This document shows positions 24,110-37,850 of a stretch of 64,000 nt of DNA, piece after piece (within the stretch, counting starts at the first letter, position 1; every line of letters begins with the position of its first letter). The notes beneath the pieces are model-generated. The model did not search any database, was not told the origin of the DNA, and saw only the letters and a list, made by a program, of their open reading frames with translations. The DNA is taken from positions 145,018,001 to 145,082,000 of the forward strand of contig OZ024740.1 of NCBI GenBank assembly GCA_964016885.1. Direction: 5' to 3'. The position numbers and the translations under genes are program-made. Origin of the DNA: Eledone cirrhosa. Taxonomy: Eukaryota.

Positions 24110-24700
24110 ATCATCATTTAATGTCCATTTTCCATGTTAACATGGGTTGTCCCATTGTGAGACAAGCCAGGTCAGATGACCATGTCTTGTTTATACAGAA
24201 CATTTTTTGACTTGGTTTCTATGGTTGGATGCCCTTTCTAATGCCAACCACATTTACAGTGAATACTGGGTGCTTTTTGTCGTAGCACCAAATATATTGT
24301 GGGCTGGACACTTTTTGTTGTGACACCTACACGACCACTTTAAAGTGTGGGTTGGGCACTTTTTGTTGTGACACCTACACGACCACTTTAAAGTGTGGGT
24401 TGGGCACTTTTTATTGTAACATCTGTACAACCACTTTAAAGTGTGGGTTGGGCACTTTTTATTGTAACATCTGTACAACCACTTTGCAGTATGGACTGGG
24501 CTCTTTTTGTCGTGGGATGAAAACAACCACTTTACAGTGTGGACTGGGAACTTAGGTGGGGGAGGTGTGTGGGAATTAGGGAGGTAGATCTAGGGACGTG
24601 GGTGGAATGTTAAGACATGGGACGTGTATGGAATGGAGGTGTTTGGAGAAAGTGGTGCATACTAGATGTATGCTTCAACCCGTGCACATGGGAAGGCGGG
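24110..24700 (-). mobile_element. RTE 3' UTR-derived fragment with a 42-bp minisatellite (about 6 units, 24290-24550)
   Basis: Unit gggttgggcactttttgttgtgacacctacacgaccactttaaagtgt-like, with the catcatc tail at the left. Confidence 0.75.
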
Positions 24701-24735
24701 TCTTCTATATTACTGCATAACACCTGAGCTCTGTC

Positions 24736-24807
24736 CTGTATCATCGTCTGTATCATCGTCTGTATCATCGTCTGTATCATCGTCTGTATCATCGTCTGTA
24801 TCATCGT
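24736..24807. repeat. 12-bp tandem repeat (CTGTATCATCGT)x6
   Basis: Six perfect copies. Confidence 0.95.
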
Positions 24808-25170
24808 CACATTTAAAGCTGAAGTCGTTGCTCTAATACTGCAAATATTCATAATGATCTGTCCACTAGTAGTTATTATAAACATTTGAAATATCAAACA
24901 TGTTTTTAGATATTTTCATTTTCTGCTAAATCATTACAAACTGTTAAAGAGTTAATATATCCTACATTTTTGACTTTTTTTTCTTTTAACTCATATTTTT
25001 TTTTCAATGTTTTCACTAACTTATCATCTGTCTAACATAACGCTATAGTACAGTGCAATCATCTCTACTGCATAAATCAGCTGATGTTTTTAAATGATGT
25101 TGCTGCTTTTTTAGCTCACATGTGCTGCACCTTTTATACAAGTTGACATTACACATCCATTATATTCATT

Positions 25171-25357
25171 AGGTGGATTGGCAGTATCGGTAGAGGGTCG
25201 GACCCCATACTTTCCAGCATAGTTACGTCCCTTTACGATCTGAGTTCAAATCCCACCGAGGCTGACTTTGCCTTTCATCCTTACGGGGTCGATAAAATAA
25301 AGTACCAGTAATGCACTGGGTAATTGCTGGCCTTGTGCCTAAAGTAGAAGCAATTAT
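25171..25357 (+). mobile_element. tRNA-SINE (Nin/Deu-like core), full length
   Basis: A-box TGGCAGTATCGG, B-box GAGTTCAAATCC, core GCCTTTCATCCTTACGGGGTCGATAAAATAAAGTACCAG. Confidence 0.85.
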
Positions 25358-26596
25358 TTATAATACTGCTTCTTTAAATGGCCCTCAATCTTGTTTCATC
25401 TCAACTTTAAGATTGGATATGTTTAAATATTTCCTTTTCACTCTTTCTTTGACATCTTGAACAACCAAATTCCTTCACCTTTATAATCTTATCTATACAC
25501 ACTGCATTTCTCTCTCTTTCAAATATGTGCGTCTGTGTGCATATATATATGTTTGTGTGTATCTGTCTAGCTATCTGTCTGTCTAGCTAGTGTGTGTGTG
25601 TTTGGTTGCTTGCTGGCTTGGGGGTTGAATGGTCATTATGGAATGAGTCAGTTTTTATATGGAGTTACTGTTCTCTGAGTCAATGTGGAGAACCATGTTT
25701 TCCTGGTACACTATTTTTGGAATAGTTTCTATGATTAAATGTCCTTTCTAACACCATCCACTTTACATTGTGTATTAGGTTTATTTTATTGAGCCCCAAG
25801 CACTATTAAGGTTGCTTTGTCTCTTACAAGAGTAAGAAGTCCTCTCCACTTTACATAGTCTCTATTTTTTAAAGACTTGGAGAAATTTGGAGGAAGGGGT
25901 GATGACCAAGAGGTTGAAAAAGGGAACCTTATGGATATGTGTCAAGAATACTAGGATGGAAGGGAATCGTCATGACAGTGACAGCTACATATTGGTTGTT
26001 GGTAGTAGTAGGTTTAGTAGAAAAACAGCTTGAGCTGTCATGGCAATAGGAGTGATGGATAGAAACAGAAGTGTGATGGTGAGTGGTAAATGTCAGTTGT
26101 CTCATGGTTGAGAAGTAAAAAAAAAAAAAAAAAAAAAAAAAATCTATATATCTATATAACACTCACATACACATCTCTTTTCCAACTATATCAAGCATTA
26201 AACCAATATATCTTCATTGTACAGTATAGTTTCCCTGTGCTGTTTATCTGTTTACTTTTCACACACACATACTGGCAGTAAATTGGGAGTCATTAAAGTG
26301 TCGAATAAAATGCTATCTGGAGATTTAATGTTGCCCAGATTAACACCACCACTTGGCCCTTGGGTGCCTTTAGCAGAGTTCAATCTGTTGGGAGCTTTTG
26401 GGCAAATCTCTGGTTTGAGAATATCTTCTATCTCTCCAATCTGTCTTGAAGATCCTGAAAAGAGTCATTAGTGCTGTCCTTCCTTCTGACTAACTATTAA
26501 CAATAAAAAAAATGTAGGTGGGCAGTAAATTATTTTACAGTGAGGAAGATGAAATGTTTACTGATGAAATGTGAAATGTTTAATCTATGGTAAATT

Positions 26597-27468
26597 AAGA
26601 TGGCCTGAAGTTCAATGATAAATAGAAATGGATTGATGATTGATCCCTGGTGAATCCCCACCTGCACTTCAAATTCATCACTGTACTCATTGCCAACTCT
26701 CACTCTGCTGGTTTCTCCTCTATACATGGCCTGTACGGCCCTCACAAACCATTTGTCTACACCTAGCTTCCAAAGTACTCAGCAGATTATAGAGCATAGG
26801 ACCCTGTCAATAGCTTTCTCTACATCTACAAATGCTAGGTACAGTGGCTTACTCTTAGCTAAATACCTCTCCTGTAGTTGTCTCGCCAGCAAGAGGGCAT
26901 CAGTAGTACTCCTACCTGGCATAAATCTGAATTGCATCACATCTAACCTGATTCTGTCCCTGATTAGCTGTGCTATAACCCTTTCAGTAACTTTCATGAC
27001 CTGGTCGATTAACTTGATGTCTCTATAGTTACTTCTCTCTATTGCATTCCCTTTGCCCTTGTAGCAATTTACAATCACATTGCTATGCCAATCATTGGGT
27101 ATGACACCATCCTGTACTAATTGATTAACTATGCATCTGACTAGCTGATATCCTACCATGCCAGATGCTTTTAGCATCTCAGCAAGACAGACCAGCTGGT
27201 TTCCCTACATCATGTCCTTAATTGCTTTATCTATTATACTGCTGTCAACTTTTATGGCTAGTACCTTAGTAGGATCTGCATGTGGTAGGCCTCACTGTCC
27301 CATTCATTTTCCTCATAGTATGTCTATCATAGCATGTCTTCCATGCCCCTTTCTTTTCGTTGTAAAGGCAAGTGCTCCACTATTATTTCAGACACACTTT
27401 TCTCCAACCACATCACGATTTTCTCTAGCATACTGTCTCACAATCCTAAACACTTCACACCTCTGATC
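26597..27468 (-). mobile_element. RTE LINE RT fragment, degenerate
   Basis: YKGKG..NYRDIKL, FMPGRSTTDA, FVDVEKAIDRV, GIHQGS. Confidence 0.85.
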
Positions 27469-27529
27469 TTTAAAATAAAATAATTATTTTGGTAAAACCC
27501 TCAAAACTCTTCATTAATTAATTAAAATG

Positions 27530-27720
27530 AGGGCGGTGTATTGGCAGTATTGGTAGAGGGTCGGACGCCATGCTTTCCAGCATAGTTACGTCCCTTTACG
27601 ATCTGAGTTCAAATGCCGCCGAGGTTGACTTTGCCTTCCATCCTTACGGGGTCGATAAAATAAAGTACCAGTAATGTACTGGGTAATTGCTGGCCTTGTG
27701 CCTAAAGTAGAAACAATTAA
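27530..27720 (+). mobile_element. tRNA-SINE (Nin/Deu-like core), full length, inserted in a TTAA-MITE remnant
   Basis: A and B boxes plus core as above; MITE end aaagggttaa at about 27765. Confidence 0.85.
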
Positions 27721-28094
27721 TTAAAATAGTGTATTTCATTAGAAATACAGTCTCGAAAGGGTTAACCAAAATATTTGGAAGATATTCTCCCCCCCCCTCC
27801 TCCTTCACTCCCACTTATTAACCTCAATAATCCTGTTATTAGATTATCTAATTATTATTATTAAGCTTTTATCACCAAGTATCAGGATCCTCTTGATCTG
27901 CAGTAAGGACTCCATAGATTGATGGGGTTGGGTAGGGTTGCAGGGGATGTAGCTTCAAACTTTAATGCCAAACTATGTAGCTGACCATGTCAACTGTCTT
28001 ATTTAATTAGTAGAGTATGTCAAATTTATTGTTCTGAATGATAGCATTTTCTTCACCTCACTAAACCAAACTTGTTTTTTCTATATTTTAGTGC

Positions 28095-28275
28095 ATTTGT
28101 TATTGTTCAGCCCTAGGTCATCTCTGGCTAATCAGATTTATGATAAAAGCTGTTCAAGCTGTCACCATCCCGTTACCTTTTTTCCATGACTACATTACCC
28201 AATATATCCATCCCACTTTGACTGCATGATGTGATTTGAGTGAGATGTGTTATTTCTAGCAGGTTAAGCAGTTGC
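28095..28275 (+). repeat. Abundant unclassified interspersed repeat (ttgtttagccctaggtca...ctatgatcaaagg...gatttggctg...ttggc)
   Basis: Related copies at about 6580-6700 plus 10887-10965, 29545-29730, 50100-50230 and 56430-56632. Confidence 0.6.
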
Positions 28276-29150
28276 ATAGAGGTACCCTTATTGGCAGTTT
28301 TTTTTTTTTTTTTCATCTTGTTGCTTCTGTTTAGATTTAAATTTCAGCATCGATAACTTCACTTATCCTTGAACTGAATCTAGCAAATGTTTCTGATTGT
28401 ATCATTTTACTCTTGTTAGGGACAAATGGACATTTCTGATTTTCTTTAGATTTAGAATTCTTCTCTCCCTCTATTTCTTCTATTTAAACACAAAATAATG
28501 ACTTGGGATGTGGTAATTGGCAAGAATTATAAAAAGAAATGCATTTTTTTAATAATCTATTTTTAAATGTCTTTTGTTAAATGAATGTAGATCATTATAT
28601 TCTTTGATTTGAAGGTTTTCGCCATTTGGATGTAAAAAAAAAAAACAACCCCAAAACAAACTATTCTTCACATTTTCAATTGTATCCTCTGCAGCAGATG
28701 TCTTCAGCAGATGCAAATATAACTAAATGTTAATCCTGAAAAACAAAATAGTTTCAGATCATTGAAGTGGATTGGAAAAAAATATATTTTAAAAGAAAAT
28801 TGTGGTTTATAGTGTGTTTATCTATTAACTCTAAACATCTCATACAGCATGAAACCACTACAGCAAGACATTCTTGAAAAGCATAAAACAGCATTTTAGT
28901 TTACTGCAAATTTTCACAGCAAAGATACTATAAACATTTAAATTATCAAACCCAGTTTTTTTGTTGTTTTCCTTTAAATCATTGCATTATATTAAGAATT
29001 ATGGTGAACAACATATGGTTTATCATTTTTTCATTTTTCACAAAATTATGTGGTGGTGTGTTATCTCGGGTTACTTAACCCACTTCTCCTGATGTTAAAC
29101 AAAAGCTGGGTTCCTTTCCTTTTTTTTCTTCAAGAAAAAATGACACATAC

Positions 29151-29189
<39 letters not shown>

Positions 29190-31299
29190 TAATGTTAGAG
29201 GCAACTCCTCTTGACAATTGAATCGATTTGAAGTGCTATTGTATGTCATACAGATTTTTTTTGTATGTGACAATCCTTAATCAGAAAGGATGGATGGTTA
29301 AAATATTAGCATTTTCCCCATTTTAAAACTGTAAGAGTTTGTCACAAGCTACTACTATTTGTTTGGGAAGTGGGAGTATGTTAAGGAAATGACTGTAGTG
29401 TCCATTGATTTATTCGGAATTTCTTAGTAATGACTCTTTCTTTATTTAATGACATTTGTGGGGAACATTTTCTATTTTTTTTTTTTTTTTTTCATGGCAA
29501 AAACAGAAACTGAGTGTGTGGTCATTTTCTTGGTAACTGCAAGGCATTTGGTTATGTTGTTTAACCTAAAGTCGGCTCTGATTGAGCAAACCTATGATCA
29601 GACATTCCATCTATGATTAACTTGTCTTTTGGGATATCTAAGACTAGATGTATACACTTTTTTCAAGATAGCAGTAGGGTGTGATTTGAGTGAAATTGAT
29701 TATTATTTCTAATTGGTCAAATGAAGGTCAAGATGTTTGGATGTTATTAGTGTTAATGGTGAAGGTATTTGGCTGTTATTCATTCAGAGGTTAAGTCAAC
29801 AAATAGCATAAAGATGGATACTTTTTTGCTTTGGCTTAAGGCCAATTTTTATTGTGAGCCAACCTAAGAATTTTATATGTACTTACTTTCATAAATTCAA
29901 TTTAAACCTTCAAGCTCACAGCTCAAACAATGGTATCATTTTTTTCTTTCTTACCCTCCCCAAACAAAGAGCAATGGTTTAAAGTGTTAGACTTCACTCT
30001 TCGAGGTGTTTGAATTTACTGGATTCTTTTATCAACTTTCTTATAGCTACTGTAATGCATGATAAACTTCTTGTTGATACCTTCTAGAAATTGAACTCAG
30101 GAGCTTGAGGCATTCTACTAACTACAGTGATGTATGTAGTCTGTACTCCAGGGTTTGCTTTAAGGAAATTTAGAACTGCACATATCTTTTAAAGCATTTG
30201 TAATGGATATTTTTAACATTTTATGAATGTTTTAACCAATTCATTACTATATTTTTAATGGAATACACTGCCTATGATTTTCAAATAGTCTTCAAAATAA
30301 TCAAGAATTTGGAGAGATTTAGTAATATGATTAACTTTTTTTTTATTAAGTTGGTGTTTGAAGCATAAATTAACATATTTTCTTACATAAATTATGATGG
30401 AAGGTTTTTAGATAAATATCAATACTTGAAAATAAACAAGTTTGTATCATAGGATTAGAGACAGTTTCAAGCAGTTTGGGTTCAAAGAGATTGTTTTTAA
30501 CCATCATTTAACATGTAAGTGCATGTAGTATTTGACACAATATGTAAACTTACTGCACAAAATTAGATTTAGACCCACACAAGCAGAGGCCAACTTCACA
30601 TTAAAATAATCACTGCTGTGCTCCATTGATTTCACCATTTTTTACCACCTCCTACACTAGTGGATTTAATTGAATAAATTATGAAGGATTGAGCAAGTTA
30701 GATTAGTGCAACAATATTTTAAAACTTTAAAGAGGATAAAGCAATTATTACAAATATTATTTAATTAATTTACAGTTTTAAGTTCATACTGGATTAAGAA
30801 ATTACTGTGGTATTTAAGTATGAAGTACTTTAAAAAAGGCTATTAAACTAATTAAAAGCTTTTAAGCTAATGCACATTACATACATTCTTATGCACATAT
30901 ATGTAAACAGACATGTATGCCTACACACTCCCACACACATTGACCCATTTGAGTTATTTTCCTCAGCTCACTGGTTGTAAATATGCAAATTATACTGCTC
31001 AAAATCTTCATAATTTTTTTAACTTTTAAAACTTCTTTCAAATTTGATTTTCATTTCTTTTTTCTGAACAAAACTTGATTTGCTCCCTTGACAAGCACAA
31101 TTTTGAAAACTGTCTCAGCCAGACTTGTCACAGGTAAGAAACATGAATACGAGTTCTGGGACATTAGCAGTGACAGTATAAGTGGTGTAGGCATATTATT
31201 GGCAGAGAAATGGATAAACTAAGTGAGGTAGTCTGAGTATGTGATAGAGTAATTAAGCTTAGACTAGTCTTGGACATTAGATTTTTATATTTGCGTACA

Positions 31300-32472
31300 C
31301 AAGTCAGACTTGTAGATGAACAGAAGAATCATTTCTATGAAGTCCTCGTGCAAGCTATTTCGAATAATGTTTGTCATCATTTTGGCGGGTGACTTTTATG
31401 GACATGTTGGGCAGCACCAAGATGGATTTCATGGTGTGTATGAAGTGATGTTGTGTGCAAGGTTGGTAGTTGTGGAATAGGATATTTTAACTGTCTTTCT
31501 ATCAAAAATCTTGTAAGGGGAAATGTTTCTTAATTAATGTAAGGAAAGATTTAGCTATTAGTGTGACCACTTCCATATTATGTCCAATGTGTCTAGATCT
31601 ATTTTTCTTTGTTTTGTGCTCGTAAGAGTATTCTACCTTATCTAGAAATCCACTCTGAGCCAGAGCCAGAGCTTCATTGTAATATGTGGAATGGTCAGTG
31701 AAAATATGTTCATTAGCTGATAAAGCCTCTGAGACAATTTTGACCAGGTTTTTAGTTATACTGGCTGTATAGTTAGAATGCTTACTAATGTAATTTAACA
31801 TGTCATTAGACTTTTTATAAGGGTAGTACAAGTTGTTTGACATATTGCGTGTCACAAGGATTTTTGCCACAAATAGGTTGGCATCAACTTGAATCGAAAG
31901 GTTGAAACCTTTAAAATAAGCAATAAGCCCTTTTCTAAACCTATCAATAGCTCAGCGTTTGCAATTAGTCGTAGTCAAAAGACCATCATCATGGTACAGA
32001 CCCTCACCTACATTGGGGGAATTCATCCTTGATAGTAAAAAAAGTAAAAATAGATTAATAAGGTCTGTGACCTCTGCCAAATTGCTGGCACCCACGCTCA
32101 TGTCAAATGAGGTACTATTTGATTTTTAAAAAAAATTTTTTTTTAGCCAAATAGTTGTCAAAATATATCGCAGACTTATGAGCATTTAAGATGACATCAA
32201 CTTTGAAATCCTTAATCTGTGTGAACGTTTTGGTGAAATTAATAGCTCTTAGGAGTGGTAAGGTGATGGAAGAATAATAGTTGTTGATGTCGAATTGGAT
32301 AAAGCAGCAGTGTTCCTTATGTATGCCCCTAAACCAATCAATCACCATGAAAGAATTATTCCACAAGGCTGAAGGGGTTATATCTCTATTTTTTGGGTAT
32401 AATTTTATCTAAAATTCTTTTACTAAGCATGCCTAAATCATACTTGGAACAAATACTGGGTTCTGTGACTAG
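31300..32472 (-). mobile_element. Penelope-like element RT, degenerate, abutting (TA)n
   Basis: WNNSFMVIDWF, FIQFDINNYYSSI, GLYHDDGL and YYPYKKSN..YISKHSN motifs. (TA)n at 32474-32536. Confidence 0.75.
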
Positions 32473-32546
<74 letters not shown>

Positions 32547-35264
32547 ACCATCACTATTATTCTTTATATTCTTTACTGCTTTGTTATTGGGTTCTGTATG
32601 GTCATGCTGGAACATTTCTTTCAAGGGGTTTAACTTCAATTGTTATCAATCACACTGACCTTTGAAAGATTAAAAGCAACCAGTCACTGGAAAGTATTTT
32701 CGCTTGATCCTCTACTGATTCAGGACCCCTCTCCCTAAGATATAAACAAAACATGCACAGGCACACAGTTATACATCCAATGAGATTTATGCATAATTTC
32801 TGTCTTCTAAATTTCATTCACAAGGCTAATCACGCTGAAGACCATGGATTACTAAGAAAAGTTTGCTTTTGTTTTTTCAACCACATAGATGGTTTTGTAC
32901 ATACCACATCAAAATATTGAATGACTATTTTCAGTTAATGCTTATTGGTTACATAATTGAGCATGATGCTTCAATTCATACTGCTTTTCATATGACTGGG
33001 GCTCCTATCATTAAAACACCCAAGAAAACTTTGGAGGCCAGTTAAATCTATTTACATATGTATGAACTGTAAATTTAAAAATCATTTCATTTTCATATGT
33101 TAATTGTTAGTATATATTAACTCTCCTCCCCCTCTATCTGTAGAATATTTATTTAGTACAAGGAACATTTTCTTGTATGTCAATAAAAAACAACAATTAT
33201 ATTTCTAATGATGAAATTAAAGATGTCAAAAGGATTGATTTATTCTTTGAAAAGAGCAGCAAAAAAAGAGCAGCAAAAAAAAAAAACAAGCAAAAAAAGA
33301 GCTTTAATGGCTACCGTTATAGGGAGGGATATATATTTACGTTGTATTTTATTTTGTTTTATTTCAACTTTAGAGCAGGAAATTCCCAAGATAAAAAAAA
33401 AAAGTGGGAAGGGCTTCTTTCATTTATTTTACACCACATGAAACTGGAGTTTGCTCTGACCTGTTGAGCAGTTAAGCTCAAGAAACATGTAATTTTAGTG
33501 TGTGTGTATGTCTGTATCATGTCTTTTTTACATTTACACTGGCCAAAAACAAAGCTGGTATTGATTATGTTCATAACAATTGATGAGATAAATACTTGAG
33601 TCTATCTAATCAATTAAAAAAACAAACAAAAAACTTTGAATACAATACTGCTGCTGTCTTCAATATATGTACTAGGTGTAAACTTGGTATTTTACTTGAC
33701 AATTGAAGTATATATCTACAGTATTTGTAATTCTAAATGAGGACATATCAGTTCAAAGTGAGATAAAAGATTTCAAAATGAGACAAAAAGATTTGACTTA
33801 TATTTTGACTGATGGACAGGGCATGAAATATGAAATTGCCTGGTTAATAAGTTCTTATTGGCCCAGTAATGTATGCAAAAACTCAATAGTTTTCAATCAT
33901 TTTATGTACAAGTAGAATAATTGAACCAGTCCATGATCATAAAAATTTACAAACTAACTGTGAGCAACATTAGACACTTATCTTCTTTGTTTAATGTTTA
34001 CTTAATGATATTTGTCTAGGCATTAGAAAAACATTGTTCAAACAATAAGCAGTTTAATTCTTAAATGATTAGAAGCTGCACTGTGCCTAAAAAATACATT
34101 TGTTCAAGGATTTTAGAAGTCACACACTCTGCCAGATTTATGTATGCAATAATTCCATAGTAAACTAGCTATTACAACTGTGATTAACAAAAAAAACAAA
34201 AGTCTTTTTCTTTCTAATATTGTATTCTCCAACTGATAATCTATTATGCTACATTTTCTCTCTTAGCTAATTAAATCAAGTAAGCTTGGGTTTTGTTTAA
34301 GTGACATGAGCTCACTTTGAACTCTGTTCTTCCCACTTTGAAGTAATATGTGCCCACTTTGAAATATCTGTTCTTACTTTAATCTGACATGTGTGCTCAC
34401 TTTGAAGTTGTTACTTTGTTCTAATAAATCCATGTTTAGAATTGCAAATACTGTACTTTCCTACCATATCTAAAAAGAAACAAAAAAAAAAACAACTAAA
34501 AATAGCAAACATTTATATAATTACTTCTTCCTATTTCTTTTCATTCTTTATTTACCAGTAGTCCAGTTCTGGTCTGCAGGACAGGTTTTATATATAGACA
34601 AGCCCTTTCATACTCTACAACATAAGGTGGAGAGGATGGGGAATAGCAATACTCAGGTCTCCTGGTAAAAATAATTCTCCTTTATGACTTATATGTGACC
34701 CCTATCTATTATCCCTCCTCCCCCCATATATTGTCACATGAATTGGGGACATGAACAATTGGATATTTTGGCTTATTTATTGTTTTTGTCTATAAAGGGA
34801 GTCATAAAGCACATTACCTCCCTATCTGGCTCTATTTGCTTGGATCACACAGTCTTGCATGGCTTTGTGTATGTTTATATCTTAGTGTGAAATAATCATA
34901 ACGATAGCTCCTCCCACACCTTCACTTTTACTTGCTCCCATCTAGTCCCTTTTAATCTTGTCATACTTAGGATTAGTCAGAGACTTACTCTACTTATGTT
35001 TCTTTCAATTTGGAGTGATTTCATTTGATTCAGTTTGTTCAAATACACTGATATACATACTTATTCATGTACAAACATAAGCACATACACAAACTTACAT
35101 ATGCCTACATGTACATACAAACTTATTAACTGGCAGCTATACATTCATTCAATTTTGAACACATCTTTGCATGTACACATTTTCAGTTTAAATATACTGA
35201 TACCCATCGTACTGGTAATATCCCTCCTGAGCCTAATTTCACGATGAGACTGAATACATAGATA

Positions 35265-37131
35265 TATATTTCTATTTATTTGCCACCAGGGCATCAAAGA
35301 TTGGGACAAATACAAAGGGGGGAGTTTACATACATTTAAAAAGACGTTTAAAAAACATATAACAAATTAAATTTAACAATCGGGGGGGCGTTCACATGGG
35401 TCGCACACACCCCCCAAAAAATGTGCAACCCTCCTCTTCAGGAGCACAAAGAGCGGGTGCTTCCTTCCTCTTCTCATTCTTCTCCTCTCTCAGCTACAGG
35501 CTGATATAGAGAGAAGGCCCATTCACTCGGGTCATTCTCGCTACTTTCACCCATCTTTCATAAAACTTGCTGGGGTAGAGCACCTCTCTCTCCATTCTGA
35601 TCCTTCTTCTAAAGTGGTACTTGAAAAAAAAGACCAGTTGTTGGCCGGAGAGAAAGGTGTCTGACCTCAGCCCTTTCAACCTTGTCCACCATACAACTTC
35701 TTTCGCCATGGCTATCACACAGAGGAAAACCGCCTCTCCTTCGTTTTTGAAAGGGGGAGGCGGTTTGATTGTGACAAATGTTCTCGGTGGTCAACCGGAT
35801 TGGTCCCACCCGCGACAGTAGTTCTACATAGCTCCACAGGTCAGCAACGCCCGGGCAGTGTACGAATGCGTGTGCGACGGTTTCCTCGTCACGCACGCAT
35901 CTTGGACAGATCTTCGAGGGGTCCCTACCCGGGTGCCCGTGTCTGTAGAGCTTGTCCCGAACGGGTAGAGCTCCTCGGTAACATTGCCAAGCCAGGGACT
36001 TTTGGAAGTTGTCCATCGGTCCCGGGCCAAACGTCCTACCGAACAGACTGGCCAGCTCGTCTTCCTCCATGCCCAAAGCCTCTCCGAGAGCGTCGTCGCA
36101 CTTACTGCGCACCAACCCTCTATAGAATGTTGAGGTTGAGTCTCCACTGATTGCCAGATTCGCTTGCCAGAGGGCCGTGAGCGCCTGGGCACATTCGATG
36201 TACCAGTCGCCCACTTTTCTCGGTCTTTGCTTGACCCAGGATTGCAGCTCGGTGAGTGAGACGAGTCTTGGAAAGGCTCGTCTCACAAACAGGGCTCACA
36301 CCGGCTGACCGGTGAGGAATACCTGGAGGTGCCATAGCCTTAATGCGTGTCTACGCATCGTCAGCCACGGCACCCCCAGCCCTCCGTTCGCAGGGTGTTG
36401 ACAGCAGATGGATCTTCTCACCAAAGGAGCCCGCTTCTTCCAAAGAAATCGGAAGAGTGCGCGCTCCATTTTGGCGAGTGTTTTCTCTGGGCAAGGCACG
36501 ACGGTCAAGCGGTAGTAGATGACGGACGTTATATAAGCGTTCGCCACCTCCGCTCGACCTTTCAGGGATAGTTTGCACTCGGCCCACTTCTGGGCGAGTG
36601 CAAACACTTTGCCCGTTACCTCGTCCTAGTTTTTCTCCACCTGGAGGTCCGGTCCGAACCAGACCCCGAGCAGCTTCACCGGTCCCTCCGTCCAGCGTCC
36701 GACGATGCCGTTGGAGGGCATCGTTTTGCCCCACCACGTCCCGAGTTGCAAACCGACGAACTTGTCCCGGTTCAGCTTGGCTCCTGTGAACCTTTCATAT
36801 TCCTCCAGTAAGGTGCCAATCTGCCCGATTTCCGAGGCGCACGACACCATTACTGTCACGTCATCGGCGTAGGCCGACACCGCTTTTCGCAATCCCGGTT
36901 CCAAGGGGATGCCCTGCAACAGCTCCAGCTTCCGCAGTAGTGGCTCGAGAGCCAGCACATACAGGAGAGAGGAGAGAGGGCATCCCTGTTGAATGGATCG
37001 CGTTATTTGGAATGGCTCCGAGAGGAAGCCATTCACCTTGACCCTCGAGCAGGTGTTGCTGCTGTGCATTGCAGCAATCCAGACCCTGAAAACAGGTCCA
37101 AAGCCTGCCGCCGCGAGCATCGCACCCAGGT
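35265..37131 (-). mobile_element. L1/Tx1-clade LINE, 5'-truncated, frameshifted, GC-rich
   Basis: RSIQQGCPLSSLLY..LEPL, AYADDVT, KLLGVWF, GGLGVP and CCHC knuckle CPRC..EETVAHAFVHC. 3' UTR ends in AATAAA. Confidence 0.9.
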
Positions 37132-37253
37132 AACTCTATAATCATCATTATCATTTTGCTCTTTCTCTCTCTCTCTCTCTCTCGAATTATGAACATAACT
37201 TTGTGAACACCATGGTGCTAAAATGCGTCAGTGTATGCACTCATATGCTGTTC

Positions 37254-37339
37254 CACAGACACACACACACACAGACACACAGACACACAGACACACAGAC
37301 ACACAGACACACAGACACACACACACAGACACACAGACA

Positions 37340-37378
<39 letters not shown>
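37254..37378. repeat. (CA)n / (CACACAGA)n compound microsatellite
   Basis: Direct inspection. Confidence 0.95.
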
Positions 37379-37380
<2 letters not shown>

Positions 37381-37499
37381 ATATAATTAAACCAACTTCT
37401 GGGCTTGGCCTTTCAATAATGATAGCACACATTTTATTTTTGGAGCCCAGTATTGGTATATCATATATGCCAGGGTTATTGGATTTATGAGATATATAT

Positions 37500-37850
37500 A
37501 GTGGACACCTTCCGTTACTTGGGTGGCAAAATCAGCAGTGGGGGAGGGTAGCTAAAGTCAGAACGGGATTGAAAAAGCTCAGAGAGCTTATACCACTATT
37601 GGCCGCTAAAGGGTTCTCTCTAAAAATGAAAGGCAGGCTGTATGATGCCTGCATACGAACAGCGATGTTACATGGCAGTGAGACTTGGGCATTGTGTGCA
37701 GAGGATATACGCAGACTGGAGAGGAACGAAGCTTGCATGCTCCGCTGGATGTGTAATAGTAATGTACGTGAACGGCAAAGCATAAACGAACTAAGGGAGA
37801 AATTAGGAATAAGAGGGATCAGATGTTGTTTACTCGAGAAGACTACGTTG
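37500..37850 (+). mobile_element. RTE LINE fragment
   Basis: ORF 37569..37895 is nearly the same as the C-terminus of the 9265 RTE (KGRLYDACIRTAMLHGSETW). Confidence 0.88.

Noticed and set aside
24290-24550. CRISPR-like periodic array
   Set aside because: The 42-bp units are contiguous with no unique spacers, there are no cas genes, and the array is part of an RTE 3' UTR in a eukaryote.
25171-25260. tRNA gene
   Set aside because: A and B boxes are present but there is no cloverleaf; it is the head of a multi-copy SINE.
28660-28715. Minus-strand CTGAAGA...GAAA
   Set aside because: Stems I and III do not form.
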